Shown here: piece by piece, positions 1 through 14,265 of the stretch
Layout: each line of letters starts with the position of its first letter
Position numbering within the stretch: position 1 is the stretch's first letter
Source: Phoronis australis
Lineage: Eukaryota; Animalia; Phoronida
Assembly (NCBI GenBank): GCA_002633005.1
Contig: NMRA01000441.1
Location: 186,001 to 250,000 of the forward strand
Reading direction: 5' to 3'
DNA length: 64,000 nucleotides
Program-made: the position numbers and the translations under genes
Notes under the pieces: model-generated
What the model saw: only the letters and a program-made list of their open reading frames with translations
Databases searched by the model: none
What the model was told of the DNA's origin: nothing

Positions 1-924
1 GATGAATTAAAACTTATAAGTAATTGGTTAACAGTACTCAACGCGTTGAATAACAAAGTAATAAGATATGGTTGAATATTTTAAAATAATGCTTTACTAA
101 CTGAAAATTGTTGCGGAGGCTTGAATAAAAGTTAAACCTTAAACCAATGAAATTATTTGAAATGAGTTTTTGTCATCAGGTTTACTAAGTTTGTTCAAAC
201 AAGCTTTTCGTTTTCATTCATAACAGGTTTATTTAATAATATTCTTTTAAGAGAATCTCATAATTTACAAACCCAAGCATGCATTTTAATATAGTCCCGG
301 CTTCTGTTGTAAGTGAAAGAGCAATCGTAAACATTTTCGCACAAGATTCAATTTTAGGATTTGGATACGGCACGTTTGGAACTTCAGAAAATGTAAGCAC
401 TGTGTCCGAGGCCAACTTTACTCGAAACTATTGCCCGAAATTTGAAAGTTTACACGATGCGTGCGCTACGCGACTGGTCAGTTTTAGAGTCAACTGTAGA
501 GGGGTAATTGATGGCCACGGAAACACGGGCCTTGTGTCTATTAGAAGTCTTTTCGTCGACTTCCATTGGGGCCCTATTAGGAAGATCACGTTATGGCTTA
601 GACCAAGAAATGTGTTCATTTCACATTTAGGAACACAGGGAATGAGGCAATGCCTTACTGGTGGCTACTTGAGGTATTTTTATGCGAATAGGCGATCCTG
701 GTGGTAGTCAATGCGTAAAACACGTGATTAAATGTTTGGCGACTGATGTGTTTTTCAGAACTCTTGTCTAGGTCATTCGTTTTTACAACTTTTTAATGGG
801 TGACAAATTAGGATTTGCTGTGTAATTGGTGCTATACTTAGGTTTCGGGCGACTCCGCGGTGACCTCGGTCGCTAATAAAACTAATGCCTCTATGCAGTC
901 GCAATTGCATTTTTACTGGAAAGG

Positions 925-931
925 TATAAAA
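925..931 (+). promoter_or_regulatory. TATA box (TATAAAA), possible promoter of the secreted-peptide gene
   Basis: GGTATAAAAG, followed by candidate 5' splice donors AAG|GTAATC (1045) and AAG|GTAAGC (2081) and an acceptor immediately before the ATG at 2636. The link to the gene is inferred. Confidence 0.35.
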
Positions 932-2635
932 GTCTATAGACCGGGCAAAACGTCGGAAAAGGCATTGGTAATATGCTTTTGTAAGAAAACGTGCGTTGAT
1001 ACTACGTTGTGACTTGTCTTTGGACTTTCTATTATGGAAACAAGGTAATCGGTTCGATTTTCTCTAAGTCTATCTTTTGTTAATACCTCGTGTGAACTCT
1101 GGTACCCATTTAAAAAGCAACGCGTAAATCGTGTTCATGAGAAATTTTGTTTTCAGCAAGCGTGTGAAAACAGACTTCATCTGTATTTTCGAATGTAACT
1201 CAATGATCGTGCTTGAATATTTTAGATTCTAAGCAATAAATTTAAATTAACACGCGTAATTAGGCCTCAGTTCAACGATAAGGATCGCATTTGAATTGCA
1301 TTATTGCAATTTACGGACGTAGACGATATTTTTGTCTTTTTAAGCCATGGTCAAGACAATAGGTCTCTGCGGTCTCTGGCCATGGTCACAAGTTGCCCCC
1401 AATGAATCCGTCAGGTCCCTTTAGGTCACGTTATCGCAAGTCGCACGTGCCTCATCATCGAGAAGTTAAGACCATTGTGTGGGAGGCAACTTTGCTTAGG
1501 CCCGAATGCTCATGATAAAGAAATCTAAAATGTAGGGTTAACTTTTCTCACCAATTGCCTTACGCATTGCCCCAAGAACAAAATCGCCCAATGGCAAAGT
1601 GTCATGACGTGTGGCCTCAATGCAATATGAGAAAAATACTACTTGTGGGAGAATTTCTTTCATGGAAAGGTTGTCCTTAACAGACTTAATTGTAGTAAAG
1701 AATCTGACAATATCTTCCAACGCCACGTGGTTGTTTTGTTGTTTACCGGAAACTCTAGGAGACAGTCTCTTATCATATCGCGGTTCAAGTTAGAAGCCAC
1801 TGGTGCGTGGTGTTCACGAAAGTCACGCACCAACATTTCTGTAAAGATCATAATCACCACACAGTCAACACCGGTTGTGTGGTAAGACTCTCAAGGGGGT
1901 TCGTTGGTAATGGGAACTGACTGACTGGTACGTGTAGAAATAGACTTGAAATAATAACCATCCGTAAGAAATGTGTGGAAAGATCGACTTTTCATGAGGG
2001 CCAGGGGTCTAATCTTCGTTCTCGAAATCGAAACCGTTATCATATTAGCATTTCTGGTTTTACTTTTATGCGAGCTCAAGGTAAGCATCAATCATTTTGA
2101 AGTCGAGTACATTGTGGTTTATACACGTGAGTAGGCTTGTCTACGTTCGCACTTGATGACCCGTAGATTCGAGCCACCAACGAGGGAGACAAAAACTCGA
2201 AAATTTGAGTTCCGACTTGAACTTTTAGCCTTAATGTTAGAGTCACTAAGTGCGAACTAGGATTAGACAGTTATTTGTGTAGGACATTATGTACTCACAC
2301 AAAAGTAGAACAGAAAATGCCAAAAATAGTTTAGAGTTCAATTTCCAGTAAAAACTAGACCCCAGACCCAGGGTTTTCAATTTTCAGATATAATTTGTGA
2401 AACATGGTGACTTGCTCTTTTTGTGCTGTGATCAAATCTGGCACGATCCAGAGGAGTCTTCGGGTTACAGAATTGTAGACGTGATCAACAAGTGAGGCTT
2501 TGCATGTCCGAAGTGCCCTGAACCAAGATGTTTGGGGTCGTTTCTGGCCCAAGAAGATCAGGGAAAGATTGATCAAATATATAAAACTGGAATTTAATAT
2601 TACGCCTTAAGTCATGTTTCATCTTTGTGTTCCAG

Positions 2636-2893
2636 ATGTCCAAAAGTCTGCGCATTTCGTTAGCAGTAGTTCTTCTTTACCTTTTCTGCGAGACAAGCTG
2701 TCTTCCGGCGCGGCGGCAGTCGGTAGCCTGTGACCTCTCTGTGTCCAGACCGTCCTGTGTATGGGGATGTCTTCGTTGTGTCTCTTTTTACAACCGAATG
2801 AACTACAACATGAGATCTTGCTGCGAGGAGTGCTCAAAGACACGTGCTTACTTAATAGATGACGGACCGGAAGTATGCAACCATCTGTACTGA
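2636..2893 (+). CDS. Secreted cysteine-rich peptide precursor, eclosion-hormone-like (85 aa)
   Basis: Acceptor tttgtgttccag|ATG. Hydrophobic signal peptide MSKSLRISLAVVLLYLFCETSC, then LPARR (dibasic site), then a 58-aa mature peptide starting with Q. Cys pattern C-x8-C-x3-C-x2-C-x13-CC-x2-C-x14-C, ending GPEVC. Confidence 0.8.
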   Translation: MSKSLRISLAVVLLYLFCETSCLPARRQSVACDLSVSRPSCVWGCLRCVSFYNRMNYNMRSCCEECSKTRAYLIDDGPEVCNHLY

Positions 2894-5800
2894 ATTGGCG
2901 GCCATTTTGTTTCTCCATGATGAAGTGTGTGTATAGCCTAGCACATGGATTCGAAACGGATGTTTAATTGTTCGCAAATCGTTCGAAGACAATACGTGGC
3001 TTCATGTTCGCCATTGATTTGGAAGGGAGGCGTTCGCGAATGAAACGACGGTGAGCAAAGAACTGTGTCTGGCATTACTGAGAATACTGAAGTCTAGTAA
3101 ACTCCTGCTAACTGTGGAGTACCATTTCCGTCCTGTTCACCGCCGATGCGTCCACGTTGCAGTGAAAGTTTAACAATGCCATTCCTGGTATTGCAAACAA
3201 ACCTTGTACTTCGGGATTAGGCCTGCACCTTTTAGGCTACAACTAACAGCAATGACGAGTTATTGTGTAATTTGCATACAGATGTTCCAGTGATGCTTGT
3301 AAAAAGCTATTTATTTAATTATGTGTTTCAAGATAAAACATAAATTGATTTTGAATTATTAATCTTCAACAACACATTTAACGTCAATCATTCCCAGGTA
3401 ATGTCGGCATTAGTGCCACGTTGCAAGAAAAACAACGTAAGCGATCGAAGTGTTAATTGGGAAAATAATAAGGATTGTTATCCTGAGTACTTGCATCAAA
3501 TCTTTCATTAGAGTAATGTGAAATTAACTTTTGCACGAAATCTAAGGTCCTAATCACACGATTATGATTATCAATTTCCGGCTGCTGACATCAGTAAATA
3601 CCTAGTGTATGTTATGCATGGAGCCGCAATCAAACGTAATATTTACACAATACGAGTGATATTCACAAACTTAACTATTCGGAAATTATGAGCAAACATT
3701 TCTCCGTGTATGAGACGAAAGGAATGCTGAATTGTCCATTCCAATAATAAAATGAATGCTAATATAAAGGGAAATTCAGTTGAAAGTTCATCATTACTCA
3801 AGATACGTAAAAGAAAAAATAGCTGCTTAATGTATGGGTCAACCAATGACAGCATCAGTTTATTGACATTTAAACTCTGACTATGATATTTTGGAATGAG
3901 ACATTGAGAATCTTGAAGTACTTTGAATTTTTTGAAAAACATTTGTTAACGAAAACATGTATACAACAAACGTGTTCGATCAGTTGATAGCCATTCATAT
4001 ACACATGCGCAAGGTGTCGGCCATATACCACTCAAACATAATCAAAGCAAAAAAAATACCAAAGGGGCCCATCTATTATTAAAATACTCAAATAAATGAA
4101 TGTAAAATCAATCTTTCTAAATTTTAAAGTATTAAAAGACTTCCTTCTTGTGTTGTTAACGATACAGTAGATGTGAAAATGTTTCTAAACATATGATTAA
4201 ATTTGTCACATCCTGTCCTATTTTGCCACAAGTATATCCAAATTTGAAAGTTCAAACGAACTTCCGGTTCTGTATAAGATCCGTTGATCATCCGCTGATT
4301 TCCATAAGGACCTATGAAATCCCAACCCCAATCCAGATGGGTAATGTCCTTTGGATGTTTTTACGTAATGTACAAAGCTCGCTATGTTTAAATACTTAAT
4401 GCATAAAAATGAAAACGAGGTTCATAGATGTTATCCGATGTATAATACTAACCTGAAACCGCCCCAATCTAGGTCTAATAAACTATTAAGAATCGTATAC
4501 GCCTTTCTCCGCCAAGCACAAGATACGTGTACAGTGCTACCAAGACAACGTGTAGTTTCCCATTTACAGTCACGCTTGAGATTGATGAACACAGAGTTAA
4601 TAAAATGAGAATTTATTTGCTTTTAGCTAGATATGCAAACTATTCGTTTGAGATGTTTACAAGACTACAAACGAAAGTCATTGTCTGTGATTATTTTTCA
4701 AATCACAAATTGCCTTCTTTAGACCATAAATCGAGTAAAGTGTGGCAATAAATACCTAACACAAAAGGACCGTATAGTCATAAACCTTCCATCAACATCC
4801 AACAACTTTCTAACATGAGTAATGCCTGTTTAGTACCACTGGCAGTAAAATATTGCTTTGCAGTCTACTAAATATATTGATATCGTAATACCAGATTTGC
4901 GTACATGGAAATTATCGGTGCGCAGGCGCATATTTTGTGCTGCATGTTTTAAAACTTCAAACCAAAATACATTCGTGATGTTTTTTTTGCACACAGGTTA
5001 TGGAACGCGTTCTGAAAGAACCGTGCTGCAACCATTTATGTTTCCGTAATCCATTATAGGAATTTTCAAACCGTTGGCCACGATAATTTGAGCGATTTCA
5101 AAAAAAAATCATTGTGAACCATTTTGCCCTGCCGAATAGATTTTAAAATATACGCTCTGGAAAGTCAAGTTCGTCTAATTTGGCTATAAGCATGACTGTA
5201 TTTCATTACAGTAATTTTGTCAACAGAGGTTAAAGTTCGTTTAGACCAGATCGCTAATCAAGTGTGTTTGGGCTTCTTTAATTTGTTCATTGTAATTTAA
5301 TTTAAGGGTCTCGAATAGATTAAAGGGTCATTGTCGGCTTTACGGCCGAAAAACGCATATCACGTGAAACGCTGAATTGTATTCCCAACAAAGCACAGAC
5401 ACACAGTTGTGTTTCGTTCCAACAAAGTAAATTTAGCTAGTAATTAATATCTAGACATGAGCGAGTGTCACTCCTTTTCTTAACACCGATTCATATACAC
5501 TAGGTGTTGTCCATATTAGCTTTCAGCCCGAAAACTGATATAATTGGTGTGAAAGATACAACTACTGATTCTGCTACATGTTCTACACTCGTTAATAAAT
5601 ATCACAGTACCACCAAGTTTCATTTCCCTTTATATTTCCGTCGTTTCTAAACATAGTTCCCACGATTTCCACGCATTAAAGGAATGAGTAAATTATAGTC
5701 CAGGTTACTATTTGATCCACATCATCACTGATTCCGAAATGGGATTTGTTTCGACAGAGCGTAGTTGGGTATGAAACAAAGATTTTTATAATCTCGTTTG

Positions 5801-8374
5801 ATTTTGCAAAAAGCGTCAGAAGTTGCCGGGACCTTGACAGCACAGTTATAGCAACACGCCATCTAAATATAGATCAATATATTCTAAGGCTCCACGAAAA
5901 TCGACTAATTAGTTTTAAATGACTAGTAGTAGTTTGGTTTGTTGTTGCACTGGATTATTATGAAATAAATGATCCATGAGTCAGACAAGTTCCGATGACG
6001 TCATTTCGAACACACCGCTAAAATGTGCACTCGAATGTTAGAAGCCTTCCGATCAAGCACTCTGCCAAAATGATGGCTAATTTTGTTTTTATCGGTCAGC
6101 AACAACGAGGTCAATAGTCAGATTTTATGTCACAAATCCGCTTACAGAGAAAGTATTGGGCATAGTTCAACAGCTCTAACTATGTGCATGAACAGAAGCT
6201 GACACGCGGAGCTTTTGAGTGACAGCAGTATGCGCCCGATCCTCGATCCTGTTTCGCTTCAACTTCACGTCGAAACGCGAAGCTGGAACAAGGAGGAAGC
6301 CGAACACTTTACCTGCGCTTAGCCAATAGTGTGCATGATCAGTTCTGCGTCATAGTGTACGCCTGGCTTTCTTTTCTTTTCACCATATACCGAGTTAAAA
6401 CGTCGCCGATTAATATGTTTTGCTGTCTCACTTTGCGTGTTGGCTAAAATGCTAGCGTTTTAGCGACTAGCACCAAAAACGCCAGTAATGTAACGATGGT
6501 AAAAATCATTAGCTTGTTGCTGGCGCTTTGCTGATGGAGGTTTGAGTTACCCCAAACTACTGGCCCTAAATCCGCCACTGGTTTCTGAGTTGGGTGTGCA
6601 AATGCCGACTTTTACGTCACTTCCTGATGACCCATGGATAGTCAATATACGCCAGGTGAATAGCATTCATGGCGTAACCATTTCTCCAAGATAACCATGG
6701 ACCAGTATTTTTGCTGAAGGTAACACCAATTATGTCGTAATAATTTCTCCAATATAACCATGGACCAGTATTTTTGCTCAAGGAAACACCAAATATGGTA
6801 ATTGATTTCCCTCTAATATCGTCACCTGACCTTGTTAGTCTGCTCAAAATCAATTGTTAGAAAATAAATCTGTACACACGACAGAAACCACTTATCAAAT
6901 GAAAACTGTCAACTTTGAATATCGATCAAGAAGACAAAATAGGTGTTTAATTCCTAATTTTGTGACTGTTTTACAAATACCATCCTGGAAATGTGACCAG
7001 ACTTCAACACGAACAGATAACAATTCAATCTCCCTAATTGGTTGTAAAAAATGTATAAACTCGACTTTACTTCAGGCGGTATTAATACTGTAGCGAATAC
7101 ATTAAAGGTACATGTCACTCACGTTCTCTAAACGCAATATCCGGTTACTCAATCATACAAAAGATTGACATCACTCCACAGCAAGCCATTTTCTGATACA
7201 TGGGACAGTGTCACAAACAAATACGCTTCGTCGCTAGATGGCGATAAGATAGTAGGAGAGCGCCGTACGCTTGAGTGGGAATAAGCGTTTTTCTTTGCGA
7301 GTGAATTCAATGCAGTCATATTTCCAAGTTTTTTTTTATTTTTTTGAACAATCATGTCGTCAAATTTCCACTGTTGAGTGGTAAGATATTCAACTGATTC
7401 ACACGAAAATAACCAACGTCTAAAAACTTTCGTGAACCAAAGAATAGGACCTAAGGAGTTTAATCCCTGTCAATCATCTTCACAGTTTTTTTAAATGTTC
7501 ATCATGAAATATTCACAGTTCATGATGCGCATGTTCAGAAGTACAAAACGTCGACTTGAGTCCACGAGAAATTGCGTGAGCGCAGTAGAAGGGTCCTCGT
7601 TTAGGCTGCTTTGGGTCTCAGGTGAAATTGTTTGCTTGCACAGCGAAATATCTAAAATTCTCCCGACTATCGGGTTGGCGTACGCAATTTTTGTGCGTTT
7701 TTGTGCAGTCGTCAACCTGGAAATGTGTTTATGGATATTTTACGCTTGACCAGTGCCGGATCATCAACTAAGCTACAGCATAGGTCCCGGCACATAACAA
7801 TAACACAGTCGAGGCCTGCTTTACAGCAACAAAGGCCTCACAACGTTTAGTAACGTATAACTGCGTTGATGAAAACCAAAGGGTTGCGTGCACAGAAACA
7901 ATAAGCTAAATTCGAGATCAAAAGTCTTCGCATATGAAAAATATGTGTGATTATTAGCGAAGCGAGTGTTTCTGAAAATTTTGTTTTTTCTGATAAACAT
8001 GTTTTGCCGGTGAACTGTTTTGTGTCTGCACTCGATCAAAGACGCTTTTGATGTAAACTTAAATAGACAACCAACTGTTGACGATGGCATTTCTTTGGCG
8101 ATTTAGTAAGTTTCCTTAACTACACCAAAACAAAATTTACACTATAGTGAACTTGGAATACATGTACTACTTACATTAAGCTTTTATGGAACATATCTCG
8201 ATGAAAACCCCGCCGGGGAATTGAAACTGCGTGCGTGTACGTCAGATAAAGTAATTAGGACTATCAGTTAAAGTTTCAATGATTTGTAAAAAAGCTCGAT
8301 TTACGCTCATACAATGGAAATGTCAGCAATCAAAACAATTTTTCAAAGCAATTTCTAAATGTTTAAGGATACCT

Positions 8375-8463
8375 GATAATCCCGTTATTTGATTGTTTGA
8401 TGGTAAAAAATAAAACACGATAATCCCGTTATTTGATTGTTTGATGGTAAAAAATAAAACACG
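8375..8463. repeat. Perfect tandem duplication of about 44 bp
   Basis: gataatcccgttatttgattgtttgatggtaaaaaataaaacac occurs twice in tandem. Confidence 0.85.
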
Positions 8464-10720
8464 TTTCCGCCGGTCATAGGCTATGAGAATAAATGTGCAT
8501 TTTTTTCAAATCTACCCAAGCGCTGAAAAATAAATTCTTTGAACTGCCAAAAGGATGAAAGGCTTGAAGATGGCGGATCACTAAAGATTTGCCACGTAGT
8601 TGAAATCTCAAATAACTCGCGCTTTTGGCAGAAAAAAACGCTTTTCATGTTAATAATTGTAAAAATAGTTATATAAATACTTATCACTTCATGCAAAATA
8701 ATTGCACTTTAAAAATCGACGACGGTCGACATTACGTTAGTTACAAATTACTAAAATAAACAGAAAAGTTTTAAACTGACTCATAATTTTGACGATGTTT
8801 AAACAGTAAGTCAGGTATCATGCAGACATAAAGTTTTCGAGAACTGGCGACAAGTCGAGTGAGAGAGTGGAAGTTTAATCCTCAGCGAAATAATATCTCG
8901 CCTGCCAACACCTGCAGTCACCGAATTAGTCTTAGACCCGGTGGCTGTCGCCCCTCAAACTTACGCAAACATTTCAGATTTCTATACAGAACTGCTTGAA
9001 CGACCAGCTGCTTCGCAAGAAAATTTTTTTATTTATTTCAAGCAGGCCTATATTCAAGGACATAGGTGCGATATACAGTTTCTAACAAAGTAATAGAGGC
9101 ACAATCATGATCTCTTGCTAATGTTGTTGCTAAGAGCCCTGCTAATAACCTGGCATTGCGCAGGACACCTGTTAACAAGAGCGGTCGTTATGGTAACTCG
9201 CTTCTTCCACTGTCGCGATGCCTCTTGGTTTGCAGACTCGAGAGCTTTTTACGTGATTTGGTCTCGAACGCGAAATAAAATGAAAGGACCTCGTCTTGAA
9301 TACCTGGGCCCATGACCTTTACACTTTACTCGAGCATCGACTATAAAATTGACCAATCGCGTGCCTTGCTTAGTAAATTTCAACTTCATACGATGTGATT
9401 CTTGGACAATTATCGAGTCGAGTCTTTCAAAAAGTTTGGCGGTCCCGGGCCCGGAATAACAAGCAGAAGTTTGATCAAACGAATGACACTTTTGTGCTCT
9501 CACAACTTTAACGAATTTGAATAAAGAATATTCCTAATTTTCATCCGTCAAATACACCATTCGAGGCACGGTTAAACAGACTACTAATCAAACAGTCATC
9601 AACATCGACAGGGTTCGTTGACCCTTCCAAAATTGGGTTGCTCCGCATAAAGTCCAAGTGACCTTCCATTTATGACAGAAACCAACTTACTGCCAAATGA
9701 TAAGATTAGACCTTTTCGTTAAAGCAAATCAGCTTACTTTGCGGTTTTCAAAATTAAGGTGAAACTGAAGAAATTGTCTGCGAAGGCACAAGAATCTAGC
9801 GTAGAGGCTACTAGAATGGTAACAATCTTCGCTTGTGATACGTCACAGTATCGTGCGAAGTCTTGCGTAATCTGACGTTTTCGCGAGGTTCTCCCGTCCA
9901 CGGACCTAAATGGCAATCCGCCGGAATTTCAACAAATAAAGCACGATTTCCAAACGTGAGATTAAACAACTTTAATGTATTACATTTCTCATTGTATCAT
10001 AAATCCAAATAGTTAAACAAGTATAGTTATTTGCCAGAGCAAAAACATTTAACAACAGTACAGCAACAATTAAAACTCAATATTTTTAAACAATGAAAAC
10101 GTTTTATTGCTCAGCGCCAAGTTCGTTCAGCCTGAAGATAACCTATTGAAGAGAGCCGATACAATTTTCATACATCCAACCAGTCCTGCATCCGTTGTCA
10201 GGTCCCGGCAATGTCAACTGGGGTACATTTCAACTAATGTCCCTTAGGAATTTTATCAATAATTAACAATTTTCAATAAAAAACACTTCAACGTGAAATA
10301 GGTCGCACTTTTTTGGGAAAGACGAGGAGCGTTCAGCTGATGGTGGACATTGGTTTGTACTTACAACACACCACATCGCTTTGTACGGTTTTAAGCCAAA
10401 GCATTTTGAAGCATAAATAGAAATACCGTTGTTCAAGAAATCTCACCAATTAAAACAAATCGATATTTATTCGGCAGCAAGTGAATACATTACGGGCACA
10501 CCTCCACCCACCGCCGAACATTTTCCTAGTCGTGGCTAACCTTCACAGAATATTGACGGTGAGAACGGATGCGCCCAAATTCTAGAATTTTCATAGAGCA
10601 AACCTACTACACATTCCGACGAAAAACGCTCAATTTCTGAAGTATCCTATTTCACAATATAACTACGAATTCGTCAATCTAACATTCCTCATTGAAAACG
10701 CCGCAATGCATTTGCACAGA

Positions 10721-11120
10721 CCCGCCTAGAGTTCAGTAACGACGGAACCTCACTAAAAAGCCAGACTTCTCAAGATTAGGTCAGATATTGTGGTGTGTTT
10801 TCAAAGAGGACACGTAATTCTTGCTACAGGTGTTAACGCCACTAACCGCACGCCCGTCTAGAGTTCAGTAACGCTGGACCTCACTAAAAAGCAATACTTC
10901 TCGAGATTACGCGAGATAATGCCGTGTATCAATGAGAGCACGTGATTTTGGTTCGATTTTTTTCGCCTTGACTGCTACTGGACTCTACCACGCAGGTAGT
11001 GACTGAGGTACGGAAACAAACGGAGAGCAACTAACCAGCTTCCCGTTCAGTAACTCTAGGACCTCGCTAAAAAGCAAGACTTCGCGAGATTACGTGAGAT
11101 ATTGCCGTGCATTTTAAATG
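10721..11120. repeat. Three diverged copies of an approximately 100-bp unit downstream of the presenilin stop (possible 3' UTR)
   Basis: gttcagtaac...gacctcactaaaaagc...acttctcgagattacg.gagat recurs at about 10730, 10862 and 11045. Confidence 0.75.
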
Positions 11121-12591
11121 GGTCCTAGCGTAGGTACTAGCGTACTACTAGCGTCTACTGAACGCACGCCAGTTTCCAATATATTGAGCGAGCGCAGGGA
11201 TGAATCACGAGGAGATGACATCGTATAACAGTTCAAAAGTTCAACAGTGAACTAACACCGCTTTATGAAGCGCAAGGCTGGAGACAGTAGACTTGATTGC
11301 TGAGATGCGTTTACAGTGTAATAAGGGTTGACAACTTACAAATGCATGTTTGTTTGTAAGTCGAACAGTTTCTTGTTTGCAAAAAAATGGTTTCGAAGTA
11401 AGTCTGTGCCCAGAGCCAGCAGCAGATCAACGGAACAGCGGGAATTTTTATACCCTGACACTCAAAAGATCCAGTCCAGAGGAAAATACAAATAAATGCA
11501 GTGTTTCATTCACTTTACAAATTTAAAGGGACACAGAAGCGCCATCTGTCAAAACACAAATTTAGATTTATCGTTACGAATTCGGTAACATCTTGTTCCT
11601 TATCGTAACCAGAAATGATTTCTAAGCTTGCGGAACAACAATTCGCAAATGTTGGCTCTACCGTCCTTTCGTCACAGCCGGACAGCTTCAGTTGTTTCGT
11701 CACAGCCGGACAGCTTCAGTCGCGACGTATTGTTGCCGACAGGAACTACAGTCATTTAAGAGCAATTTCGATACAAGCAAAGGATAAGAACAAAACAATG
11801 ATGTCACTTTGAAAGAGCAAAATGTGCCGGTTTTTGTGATACTACAACAAGATCTGTAGCAATTTTTAATAAAATCGCAAAATACAAATTCACCGTCGCC
11901 GCGTACATACACATCTAGAATCGATAGCCGAGTCAAAGACCGAAAGTAGCCGGGAATTGTGTTGAACGGGATCAGAGTCCACACTGCACGAATCTAAATG
12001 TCAAATACGAGCTCCTGATAGTGTTAAACGCTACATACAGATACATGCAGTAGCTAGAGACTGAGTTCAGGGAGACACCAGTCAGTTTACCCTGCCTGTC
12101 ATAAAAAATAGTCGCAAAGATTTCTGTACATTCATATGACAGAAAAGAAGCGTTCAAATAATTGTCTACGTTTGCACATCCACGCTCCAACTTAGAAAAC
12201 AATGGCTACATAGCCGGAGCCTTAGTGGCAGCGTTAGTCATGCAGGTATTTCTGCTGGAATAAAGAAATGAACGACAGAAGCATTCATACGCCAATACTT
12301 GTTCAACTTTAAAAAAAATCTGGATAATTGATAAACCATTGAACAGGACATTTCTGGTTTTGAGATGACGCATTCGGCATATAGAAAACCCTAAACACCA
12401 GGAACAAGTTAAAAATGTTGCACAGAAATGTAACATTGATACTGCCTCGTGAAACTGTAATTTTTACCCAACAATTCGAGATGAGAGTACTGTTGTGCGC
12501 CCAAAAACTTTGTTAACGTAACTTTCAACGCTTAACTTTAACATTGTGCACAATAAAAAATAACATGACTACTGACACGTGTTTCAATTAT

Positions 12592-12747
12592 TCATATATA
12601 AACTTGTTTGCCGGCCAAAACGTCAGTGAAGAGTCGGACACAGAACTTGGTGGCGAAGTAGAAGACGAGACCAAAGAATATGGAAATTGGGAGGGCGGGC
12701 AGCGCTTTGCGGAACACGGCGAGCAGAACCAGTGTGAAGCAGAGGCC
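12592..12747 (-). CDS. PSEN: Presenilin, last coding exon 10 (TM8-TM9, PAL motif, stop)
   Basis: Acceptor ttccag|, then [51 protein letters not shown]. Contains the PALP motif and the typical presenilin C-terminus. Confidence 0.96.
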   Translation of the reverse strand, partial: GLCFTLVLLAVFRKALPALPISIFFGLVFYFATKFCVRLFTDVLAGKQVYI

Positions 12748-13956
12748 CTGGAAGAGAAAAAAACACAGAAACTGAAACTGTTTCACCAACGTTAAGGCAA
12801 AGTGTTGATATCGGCCCACCTGACGCATCGCAAACAACAAAATTACAAGGGAGCTTTATAATTCAAAATATTCTCACTATAGGAGGGACACTGATAACTT
12901 AATGACCGCGCGACGAGAGGAGCCATCCTCTCGTTACCAAAAACATGTCTACTGAATTTCACTCAAATTTTTAGAGAAAAAATGGTGGAAATCAAACAAA
13001 TCAAAGTGCCACTCGAGCGCAGCCCAGATGAGATTCGCACGACAAAAGAAGATTCCGTTTTACATACATAACCCCTTAATCTCACAAAAAGAACAACTTA
13101 GAGATTTAACAAAATAAAATTGCCACTTGGGAGCGCTACACTAGATTCGTCCACCATACTGGTGCTGTATTCTTTTCCATACAAAACTGCTAACTAAATT
13201 CCATAAAATTTTTTATGGAGCTTCACTGAAAGAGAGATGGTTATGGGCTAAATTATCCTTGTCTTAATTTACGAAGGTCCACCAAGGAACTTGGCAGACA
13301 CGAGGCAGTTACAAGGAAAAATAAAATTCCCCAAGGTGAACTGGTTGGCAATAAACAGACTTACGCCAAATTACCCACAAAACCGCAAGGGGCGCAGCCT
13401 ATGTTCGATTCAATAGAAAAAGAGCAGGTTCTGCCAACAATAAGGCACAAACAAATCCGACAAATTACAGTAAAAAATGTAGATTTAGAGGCAGTCGCAA
13501 AAATTAAAATGACACAATAATGGGGGAAAACGACTCCAGGATGTGTTCATATATCGAGGTGTGTCGCCATGTCTGCAAAATTTCACGGAAAACCATCAAC
13601 GGGTTTGGGGGGATAAAGAGGCGGACGTCGACGGTAAAAATGACGGCAATATGCATTCAGTATGTCTGGGTGCATAAAAATGAAAAACAACAGGTGTAAA
13701 ATTAATAAAGAAAGGTCAAAAATACATTTTGGAAGGATTAATTTAGAAACAAATTTAGAAAAACATGCCAATTATAAAACCACAAATGTTGGGACTACAA
13801 TTTACAATTACATCGAGATTTTCAATGACATTTCTGTATTGCTGTCTGTTCCCTAACGCAATTAAAATTAATAATTCGAGCCCACGACGACAATAGCAAC
13901 GGAGGCCCTTTCGTGAGCAAAATGACACCCAAGTACGAGGTAAAATTATCATACGT

Positions 13957-14265
13957 CAGGGACCAGTTGCATAAAAGTTACGCGCTCCATAGCAACAATG
14001 ACATCGCATTATCACGCGCCACGTTGTTATTGTTGAACAATGCACCTGGGCCCAGTTGCATAAAAGTTATACGCCGTATAGCAACAATGACGTCGCATGA
14101 TCACGCGTCACGTTGTTATTGATGAACAATGCTTATGACGTCATGCAACAATCAAACTTATCCAGCGGATATCTTTTGAAGTTTTATGCAACTCAGCCCT
14201 GATGTCATGTAACAATCAAAACTTATCCAGCGAATAATTTTGAAGTTTTATACAACCCAGCCCAG
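13957..14265. mobile_element. MITE with duplicated terminal inverted repeats (PIF/Harbinger-like)
   Basis: Left ends cagggaccagttgcataaaa (13957) and ctgggcccagttgcataaaa (14047). Right ends ttttatgcaactcagccctg (~14182) and ttttatacaacccagcccag (~14246). Confidence 0.6.

Noticed and set aside
279-707. 142-aa ORF
   Set aside because: No recognisable motif or exon structure; consistent with a chance ORF.
2134-2180. ACCCGTAGATTCGAG resembling miR-100/miR-99 in a small hairpin
   Set aside because: The match decays after about 10-14 nt and lies on the 3' arm of a short stem, whereas miR-100 comes from the 5' arm.
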